Source: Octopus vulgaris (taxonomy: Eukaryota). From it: a DNA stretch of 64,000 nucleotides. The notes under the pieces are model-generated. The model was not told the origin of the DNA. It ran no database searches and saw only the letters and a list, made by a program, of their open reading frames with translations. Below, piece by piece: positions 54,362-64,000 of the stretch. The stretch's first letter is position 1; each line of letters starts with the position of its first letter. The position numbers and the translations under genes were made by a program. The stretch lies in contig OX597835.1 of the NCBI GenBank assembly GCA_951406725.2, forward strand, positions 12,152,001 to 12,216,000. The letters run 5' to 3'.

Positions 54362-55204
54362 TATACGCACATACACACGCATGCACAAACATACAGATAT
54401 GAATACACACATGTGTATATGTAAGCATATATTTATAAACAGAGAGACTGAGACAGACACAGACAGGCAGACAGACAGGCAGACAGACAGACAGACAGAC
54501 AGACAGGCAGGCAGGCAGGCAGACAGACAGACAGACAAACAGACAGGTGAATAGGCTGGGGGGCGGGCAGAAGAGAATGTAAGAGAAAGAAATGCATTTA
54601 TGGTTGCGTGTGAGACACACGTTCGTTTTATTGTTTTATTGGTGTCAGTCACAAGAGTGTGAACACACTGGCATGGCGTTCCCGAGGGTTTAGTCGATGA
54701 TATCGATTCCAACACCTCATGTATCGATTGTCAGTATTTTTGCCGACATCTGAAGGATAAAATGATGACTAGAGTCGAACGCAATTTCAGTGAGAAATAG
54801 AGTAAGAGAAACAAATGCCACGAGATATTGTATCCATTTCAATAGATTCAACACTTTACTTAGATATTTCTGTGTAATACTCTCGATAAATATGTCATAA
54901 AATTATTTTATTTGCAGCAGTTGATCCCCGCGAGAAATATTTATTCTTTTAATTAACGATAGACAACAGATTTATTGGATAATCCGAAAGTTAATATAGG
55001 TTATATTATTTTCCACATCTTTCAAACATCCTCTCATACACTTTACATTATCGCATACGGGCATTTCCGCTCTTCTTCCTTCATATACATACATGCATGC
55101 ATACATACAGACAGGTAGACTGATAGCTAGATAGACATATATATATATATATATACACGGGCATTCGTACATACATATATACGTGCATATATATACATAT
55201 GTAC

Positions 55205-55263
<59 letters not shown>

Positions 55264-55298
55264 TACATATATATGTATACATACATACATATATGTAC

Positions 55299-55336
<38 letters not shown>

Positions 55337-55409
55337 GTGTATATATATATATACATACATACATACATACATACATACATACATACATTCATACATACAT
55401 ATAATGGTC

Positions 55410-55565
55410 GAAATCTCTTCTACTCAAGGAACAAGGCCTGAAATTTTGGAGGCGGGGGCCAGTCGATTAGATCGACCCCAGTGCGCAACTGTACTTAATT
55501 TATCGACCCCGAGACAATGAAAGGCAAAGTCGATCTCGGCGGAATTTGAACTCAGAACGTAGAAA
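55410..55565 (-). mobile_element. family-A SINE fragment
   Basis: Match to the family-A core and alternative tail. Confidence 0.85.
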
Positions 55566-55799
55566 CAATAATGGACGAAATCATTCCTCCACTTCTTTTT
55601 CTTACCCATGCTCATGATCTGAGAATCTTTTCAGAGACAGCAAAATCAGAGCATGTTTGCGTATTCGAGTTTACGTTACGTACAAAATTGAGGACGTCAC
55701 AAAATGTAAACAACATGAAATACGATAATATAAAGTAGGGAATTCAAAGAACGAGAGAAACAAATGGAAAACAAGACAGCAGTACCAGTGCCAAGATGT

Positions 55800-56030
55800 G
55801 GCGAGCTGGCAGAAACGTTAGCGCGCCGGGCGAAATGCTTTACGGTATTTCGTCTGCGTTACGTTGTGAGTTCAAATTCCGCCGAGGTCGACTTTGCCTT
55901 TCATCCTTTCGGGGTCGATAAATTAAGTACCAGTTACGCACTGGGGTCGATATAATCGACTTAATACCTATGTCTGTCCTTGTTTGTCCCCTCTGTGTTT
56001 AGCCCCTTGTGGTTAATAAAGAAATAGGTA
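55800..56030 (+). mobile_element. family-A SINE
   Basis: Match to the copy at 11049. Confidence 0.92.
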
Positions 56031-56499
56031 TAAAGGAACTTTAGGTCAGTGGCATGTTTTAACCTCTAAAGACAAATTCACTGCAGTTACCGTGGAGAAA
56101 AAAATTCTCTCTTATGGTAAAAGGTGTAAAAATACCATATCCGCCAAGTGTTGCCCTTAATCGGGTTCTCCAATCTCTTTCACCTTCTAAATTTTTCTTG
56201 GTTGCCTCAAGTATATGAAAAACCCTATGGAAGCTATTGCTTGGTGTGTCGTTGCATAGCTTTTGATCCTCTGCTGTATACCATTAGTGGCTACCAAACT
56301 TGATGGCAAATGAGAATAAAATCAGTAAAAAAATAAACAAGCACGTATTTTATAGCTCGAGGAAAATTCTAGGATTTCTTCGAAGAGAAAAAATTAAATT
56401 TGCTTCTGATAATACATACATGGTGACCCAAAATAATGTATACGCTTTGCAAAGAATATGCTTTCTCAGTTGGGGACTGCCTTAACAGCACCTTCCCAC

Positions 56500-56767
56500 A
56501 GCACTGCATCGGGCGACATGGAAGCGTCGAATGACCACCTCATTCACCGAATTTAACACCGTAAGATTTATGAGAGAAAACCCAAGACGGTGGACGAATT
56601 AAAACAGTTCATCTCAGAAGCATTTATTTCCACGGGTGCAAATCGAAGTTTGTATTGTACAAACAAGTTTGTATCGATGAAAGCAATGTTCGAGCTTTTA
56701 CAAGATTAAACATATTAAAAGATAAATAAATTGTAACGTGTAAACCTATTTTGGGGCCACTCTGTAT
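56500..56767 (+). pseudogene. Tc1/mariner-superfamily 3' remnant
   Basis: PPHSPNLTP motif, KPKTVDELKQFI, and a TIR-like end GGGCCACTCTGTA. Confidence 0.6.
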
Positions 56768-56891
56768 ACGTTGTCCACTCGTAGTGACCATTTTAGTCCC
56801 AAGAAGTGGATTCCTCAGAAAGTTTTACATTATTGACCACTTTGCTCAATGCCTGAACAAAATAAAAAATTCATGATATCTTATGAAATAA

Positions 56892-56947
<56 letters not shown>

Positions 56948-57193
56948 GGTGGTGGTGGTGGTGGTGGTGGTAGTGGTGGTGGTGGCGACGACGACGACGA
57001 CGAAGATGATTATGATGATGATTATGATGATGATGATGGTGATGGTGATGGTGATGATGGTGGTGGTGGTGGTGGTGGTGGTGGTGGTGATCATGATCAT
57101 GATCATGATCATGATGATGGTGATGGTGATGGTGATGGTGATGGTGGTGGTGGTGGTGGTGGTGGTGGTGGTGATGGTGACGACGACGACAAC

Positions 57194-57239
<46 letters not shown>

Positions 57240-57304
57240 GTGATGGTGATGGTGGTAGTGGTGGTGGTGGTGGTGGTGGTGATGGTGACGACGACGACGA
57301 CGAA

Positions 57305-57345
<41 letters not shown>

Positions 57346-57412
57346 CGACGATGGTGGTGATGGTGGTGGTGGTGACGACGACGACGACGACGATGATGAT
57401 GATGATGATGAT
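56892..57412. repeat. compound (GAT)/(GGT)/(GAC) array
   Basis: Direct reading. Confidence 0.97.
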
Positions 57413-57987
57413 ATTGGTAAATTCTTACCACTCTCATATGAATCTTTATGAATCCTAACCTCATAAATTTCAAAGATCATTATAAACGAAAATCGTAATT
57501 CCAATTTTCGGGTGTTTTCTATCTTTAGTAAAAAAAAAAAAGCCTTATTAATATTCCTGTAATTTAAAAATCTTTAGTTTACCGACGCTATCATTACCAC
57601 GAAGAAAAATACATACATCTCGGTATTACTAATAAATCTAAACGTAGCTTCACAAATCCTAAAATGCAAATCAAAATAACAACCAAACATAAATACAAAC
57701 TAATCAGGCTCCAAAAAAAAAAAAATAGAAAACAACACTTAACGGCAATCCTTTAAAACTTACTTCGATGTGTCTACCGTTCCTTAGCAAATGCTATTAA
57801 ATACGTTGAAGAATGGTCTCAGTGCAATCGATCTAAAATGCATTGGGCTTTAGATTAATCTTTATTTAATGGATAAAAATATACCAACACCAGCTAATGT
57901 ACTGTTTTCCTTGCTAATGAAGCTTCTTAATTATAGTTTCTAACGTCAATAAATATACAACTGTTATTTTTAACATTATTATTATTA

Positions 57988-58053
<66 letters not shown>

Positions 58054-58187
58054 GTGAGAGAGCGCAGTTCATGCCATCAAAGTGACACTGGTGTAAAATA
58101 TACGAAGCCCAATATACCCATCATGACTACTCGTCTGATAAGGGTACACCAGGCACATTATTATTATTGTTGTTGTTGTTGTTGTTA

Positions 58188-58234
<47 letters not shown>

Positions 58235-58281
58235 CAGTAGTTTTATTTTTATAGCGTGCTTTCACTTCACTACCGAGCGCA

Positions 58282-58493
58282 ATCTGGTCTGTTGGCCTTA
58301 ATTTCTCTATCTGTGTGTATCGGCATATCCCAGAGTATGGTTGCTTTCTCGTTTTCTGTGACCTTTTCTGGTGTGTGCCTATACCATCTTTTTTCTATTG
58401 TTATTCCATAATGTTGACATAGCTTCCAATGTATGTAGGTTCCAACTCTGTCATGTCTGTGAATATATTCCTTCTTAGCCAGGACTGGGCAGC
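58282..58493 (-). pseudogene. R4/Dong restriction-like endonuclease fragment
   Basis: CPVLAKKEYIHRHDRVGTYIHWKLCQHYGI...ILWDMPIHTDREIKANRPD, flanked by (TAA)n. Confidence 0.9.
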
Positions 58494-58506
58494 TTATTAT
58501 TATTAC

Positions 58507-58795
58507 TTTTTTTTTCTTCTTTCAAATTTGCTTCCATTTCTTGCCGAGTGTCTTCCCGACTCCTAGGGCAAAGAAACTCATAGTATACATTGGTAGGCCA
58601 TTAAACCAAACTCAGTAGTTCGTTCATTTTTTTTTTTTTTTTTTTAAGTTAAATTAAAATACATGAGCAGCAACAGTTCCCAAATCGACAATGCTCTTCT
58701 CAATACGTGTGATGTACCAGTTAAGACAATCTTTTGCACTTCTTGCAGGGATGGTAAGCCAGGGATCATTCTCATATAATTTTCGGTTCCCTTCT
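58507..58795 (-). pseudogene. R4/Dong C-terminus plus 3' UTR
   Basis: KGTENYMRMIPGLPSLQEVQKIVLTGTSHVLRRALSI* followed by an A-rich tail into (TAA)n. Confidence 0.85.
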
Positions 58796-58839
58796 TCTTC
58801 TTCTTATTATTATTTTTATTTTTATTATTATTATTTTTA

Positions 58840-58913
<74 letters not shown>

Positions 58914-58923
58914 TATTTATTAA

Positions 58924-59320
58924 GGCGGCGAGCTGGCAGAAACGTTAGCACGCCGGGCGAAATGCGTAGCCGTATTTCGTCTACCGTTACGTTCTGAGTT
59001 CAAATTCCGCCGAGGTCGACTTTGCCTTTCATCCTTTCGGAGTCGATAAATTAAGTACCAGTTACGCACTGTGGTTGATATAATCGACTTAATCCGTTCG
59101 TCTGCCCTTGTTTGTCCTCTCTGTGTTTAGCCCCTTGTGGGTAGTAAAGAAATAGGTATTTCGTCTGCCGTTACGTTCTGAGTTCAAATTCTGTAGAGGT
59201 CGACCTTGCCTTTCATCCTTTCGGGGTCGATAAATTAAGTATCAGTTGCATACTGGGGTCGTTCAAATCAACTGCCCCCCACCCAAAAAAAATTCGGGCC
59301 TTGTGCCTAGAGTAGAAAAG

Positions 59321-59385
<65 letters not shown>

Positions 59386-59510
59386 GTCGGTGAGCTGGCA
59401 GAATCGTTAGCATACCGGATAAAACGCTTAGTGGCATTTCGTGCATCATAACGTTCTGTGTTCAAATTTCGTCGGTGGCAACTTTGCCTTTCATCCTTTC
59501 GGGGTCGGTA
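58924..59510 (+). mobile_element. family-A SINE dimer plus an older copy, within (TTA)n
   Basis: Full copy at 58924-59155, second body at 59156-59320, older copy at 59386-59510. Confidence 0.9.
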
Positions 59511-59906
59511 AGTAAAACAAATTCTAATTTAACTCTTTTCTCGATGTAATTGGCAATTCCTCCTCTCCCGTAATTGCTAGCTTTCGGACAAAATTCAAAA
59601 TCAATAATTAATGTTATCATTCATGTATATACATCACATAATCTTCTTGAGCAAGCAGAAATACTTTATAACTGACAAATGCTTCATTTCTTATAAATTT
59701 TGAATTAAATTCACTCTGCGACTCTGAAGAATTCAACAGAAGCAATTCGTTATGTCACCAGATTTTAAATCATAATTTCTTCTGCATTGCGCTAATGGCA
59801 AAATAGGTTATCGCAACTAAACACTATCGGCAAAACTACGAAAGTGTCGCCACGAATTTCCTTTCCTGTTACTCTTTTTAATGAAATACTCGGAAGACGT
59901 TTTCAA

Positions 59907-60328
59907 TACTCTTTACTCTTTACTCTTTTACATGTTTCAGTCATTTGACTGCGGCCATGCTGGAGCACCGCCTTTAGTCGAGCAAATCGACCCCGGGACT
60001 TATTCTCTTGTAAGCCCAGTACTTATTCTATCGGTCTCTTTTGCCGAACCGCTAAGTGACGGGGACGTAAACACACCAGCATCGGTTGTCAAGCAATGCT
60101 AGGGGGACAAACACAGACACACAAACACACACACATACACACATAAATATATATATACATATATACGACAGGCTTCTTTCAGTTTCCGTCTACCAAATCC
60201 ACTCACAAGGCATTGGTCGGCCCGGGGCTATAGCAGAAGACACTTGCCCAAGATGCCACGCAGTGGGACTGAACCCGGAACCATGTGGTTGGTTAGCAAG
60301 CTACTTACCACACAGCCACTCCTGCGCC
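59907..60328 (-). mobile_element. family-B SINE, full length
   Basis: Match to other family-B copies. Confidence 0.94.
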
Positions 60329-60519
60329 ATCTACAATAATGTAGATTACAATTGTAATTTCTTTTCTTATGTTATTGATTGTAATGTATATCCTCGAAAT
60401 TATACCACTGATACATTTTGTTTAAAATATGCGTTTAACAAAATGTGAGGTTGGAATGAACCTCAAAAAATTCTTTTCCATTTTTTCCAACATAATCGCG
60501 TTGTATACCATCTAAACTA

Positions 60520-61780
60520 TTGGTTTGGCAAGAAAGTTATTTCGCTTTTTGCAAATCGATAGTTACGATTTTTATAATGACTTTTGTCAATGTTGTGATT
60601 TTTTCCCTCTTGACATTTGATAGCCGTTACTTTTAGCTTACTTTAGAAGCAAATTGCGTAATTTTGTTTACAGCTGTTAGTTCAGTGTCTATTTTAACAT
60701 GGAATGCAAAAACGAACATGTTCACAATATTCTACATTTTTATTTCCGCAAAGACAGAGAAAGCGGCTGAGGTTCAGAAAAGAGAAATGTGAAGTTTATG
60801 GTATTGATTACTTAATAGAACGCATAAGTCAGAAATGGCTTTTAAAATTCCTCTCTGGAGATTTTTCACTCAAGGATGAACAATGTTCTGGTTCATCGAC
60901 AAAAGTTGATGACCGAATCAAAGCCATAATTGAAACTGCTTGTCATATAACTGTACGAGAGATTGCAGAAAGGTTAAATTTATCACACACAATTGAAAAT
61001 TACTTAAAATGCCTTGGATTCGTTAAGAAGTTCGATATTTACGCTCCGCATAAATTGAAGGCGATTCACTTTACACAACACATCAACATTTGCGATATGC
61101 ATCTCTTACGCAATGAAATCGACCTTTTTTTAATCGAATCATCACTGGTGATGAAAAAGGGATTGTCTACAATAACAGCAATCGAAAACGATCATACAAG
61201 TATAATGAACCAGCAGAAACTACATCGAAAGCTGAATTGCATTTAAAAAAGGTCATGCTGTCAATTTGGTGACATCATAAAGCTGTTGTGCATTTTGAGC
61301 TGCTTCTAAGGAACCAAACAATCAGTTCAGATGTTTACTGTCAACAACTAATGAAACTGGAGGAAGCTATCAAAGAAAAAACAGCCAGAATTGGCAAATC
61401 GTAAAGGAATCGTGTTCCGCCATGACAACGCTAGACCACACACGTCTTTGTAAACTCGTGAAACATTACTGGACCTTGATCTTGAACATTACTAGCCCTG
61501 ATCTTGCACCATCAGATTACCAGTTATTTTGAAGTTTACAAAATTCCTTGAATGCTGAAACTTTCAACAATGATTATGACCTGAAATTACTCTTGCTTCA
61601 GTTTTTGGCTGATAAGGACCAGAAGTTCTATGAGTGCGGAATCATGAAGTTGCCAGAAAAATGGCAAGAGATCATCGGACGAAATGGAAAATATATAATT
61701 GATTAAAGTTCATTCTTTGTATGAAAATAATTACTTTTATTTCGCACTAAAAAACAGAAATTACTTTCTTGCCAACCCAA
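60520..61780 (+). mobile_element. full-length decayed mariner (DD34D), 1261 bp, TA TSD
   Basis: TIRs TTGGTTTGGCAAGAAAGTTATTTC / GAAATTACTTTCTTGCCAACCCAA. Motifs TGDEK, HDNARPH and SPDLAPSDYQLF are present, with frameshifts and stops. Confidence 0.95.
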
Positions 61781-62465
61781 TATATACCTCCGGAAAATTT
61801 CATTGAAAAATAAGCATTTTTAAGAAAATTACGAGAACACAAATTAAGAAGTGGCACACACCTTTGGTTATGTATTGTTATCTCCCTGCATACATTATAT
61901 ATGACTCATCTCAAATCTTTCATAGCACATCAATTCATAAAAATAGTTTTAACATCAGCAACAGCCACAACCATTCAGGCAGAAGGATGGAACTTATTCT
62001 TTCACCAGCATGGGGTTAGTTTCTGACAAATGACGTCTACTAGATGATAACTTAACTATAAATAAAATATATCATTATTGATATGTTGATATGTTAACAG
62101 AAAGTCCATCTCTCAGATGTAACATCATTTTCGTGCGCCTGCATATTGAAAGAAAAAAATATGTTTTTAATACACAACGTCCCTGAGCTTTAAATAAGAT
62201 TTTATCGTCAGAAATATAGTCCAAGATGACCTGACAATTCGGATTTTCGTTCCTTGAATCATAATAATAAGAAGAATTACATACATTACCGACCACAGTT
62301 GATTTCAATTAGATTATTTGGTGTTTGTAATACAGAGAAATTTAATAAAATCGGTGCGAATCTTCTCGGTAAAATTAACGTGGCAAACATTTTACCCTTC
62401 CGCTAGTCCCCTTTATAGAATCCAATTTCTTCATATGAATACACACACACACACACACACACACG

Positions 62466-62537
<72 letters not shown>

Positions 62538-62625
62538 GAAATATTAAAATTACTAAGTCTCTCTTGGAGCTAATCAGCGACAGCTTTAGTCTTATATTTA
62601 TAAGACTGCCATATAAGTATGGCGA

Positions 62626-62746
<121 letters not shown>

Positions 62747-63316
62747 GTATATGTGTGTGTGTGTGTATGCGCATATATATTTACATACATACATACACAT
62801 GCACATATACATATATATATATATATAAATGATTTTGTTTTGCGTGACAATTTCAAATGTATCTCATAGAGCCTTTTTAGTTTATCTTCGCCTTTTTCTT
62901 TCCTCTCTATTATACAATAATCATAGAAGTCAATATCTCTTTGCGTTTAAGATTTCGATCGCTATTCAGCATTTCTTCTTTACTCAGACGTAATTAGAGT
63001 TATAAATAAGATCAATGTACAAAATGTATCTATACAGCACGAAACTCATCCCTATGGCGAATCATGTCCCAACTTGTAGCGATTAATAAGATATAAATAA
63101 CATTTGAACATATTAAAGTTCAAGATATTTCTCTTAAAATCGTTATTAAATAGAATGGTTGTATACTGTCAATCTAACAAGAACGTGATAGTAGGGAGTA
63201 CACCACCGCTGTATAGCCCTAGGAAGCATCGAACGCCTCCTGATGGCTTTGACACATTTTTCCCTGTGTCCTTATATACATATACGAAGGGGAGACAAAC
63301 ACCCCCGGCTGCCGAA

Positions 63317-63374
63317 ACTGCATCTAGGGACACGTGTTTCAGGATCGTTGTCCTTCATCGGCCTAAGACACAGT
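63317..63374 (-). ncRNA. type-I hammerhead ribozyme, U4C variant, all stems intact
   Basis: Minus strand ACTGTGTC.TAGG-CCGATGA-AGGA(CAACGA)TCCT-GAAA-CACGTG-TC-CCTA-GATGCAGT. Confidence 0.8.
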
Positions 63375-63589
63375 AAGAGGGCAGAGAATAGCTGAAAATA
63401 TTTTATAGATTATTCATAAAACTGTAAGTGGGGAAGCGTCATGTCGGTAAAAATCGCTCAGGTTTGGTTGGATCTGTACATTTACGAGGTCTTCATATTT
63501 AGATCAAAAGGTACAGAGAAATAAGTATTGAGAAGCTAAGACGTTCGACATTCTAAGGCGAAGTATAAATCAGATTTAGGAACAGTAAT

Positions 63590-63765
63590 ATCGGTTTCGA
63601 ATTTTGGCACAAGGCCAGCAATTTCGAGAGAGAATTCTCAACTGGTACATATTTTAACTATCCCTAAGTTGACCTGGGCCGAATTTGAACCTAAAACGTG
63701 AAGATAGACGAAATGATGCAAAGCATATTGGACGGTATCTTAACAATTCTGCCAACTGGTCACCC
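63590..63765 (-). mobile_element. old family-A SINE fragment
   Basis: Diverged GAATTTGAAC...GACGAAATG...TTCTGCCAACT. Confidence 0.65.
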
Positions 63766-64000
63766 TTAGGTAAGACAAGTAATATTCACTCATGAAGTGA
63801 GTCGGCTTCAGACAGTTCGAAGTTTTGGCTCAGGGAGTAAGTGACTCCAATATTCTCACCATTAGAATTCTTCATCGATAAAAAATATCAAACTACCGAA
63901 GTCTCTAATGATTAACTTCAACCTAAAATATACTTACGAGATATGAGAAGAAAAATGAGAAAACATCAAAAAATAAATTCAGGGTAGTACCTTGCCCCAA

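Noticed and set aside
60704-61246. Intact mariner transposase
   Set aside because: Frameshifts before the first catalytic Asp and in-frame stops downstream. The element is non-autonomous.

Overview
AT-rich eukaryotic non-coding DNA with no credible host exon. It is most likely an octopus (cephalopod) intron or intergenic region, inferred from the SINE repertoire and microsatellite load. Nearly all ORFs in the supplied track are microsatellite or SINE read-throughs. Content: (i) about 25 copies or fragments of several tRNA-headed SINE families with swapped modules; (ii) decayed LINEs (Tx1/L1, RTE, CR1, R4/Dong); (iii) a full-length decayed mariner and a Tc1 remnant; (iv) Helitron ends, foldback/MITE-like inverted repeats and local duplications; (v) very dense (TA)n, (TG)n, (GATA)n, (GAA)n and (TAA)n arrays. 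The most notable signal is at least eight type-I hammerhead ribozyme motifs with mutually unrelated stem sequences, nearly all with a palindromic stem III. They lie in 150-450 bp non-coding modules, most of them in or next to (TA)n tracts, and two modules have terminal direct repeats (about 431 bp and about 347 bp units). This fits a diverse population of Penelope-like pseudo-LTR / non-LTR retrozyme elements that use TA microsatellites as landing sites. All structures were read by eye; no folding or database search was run.
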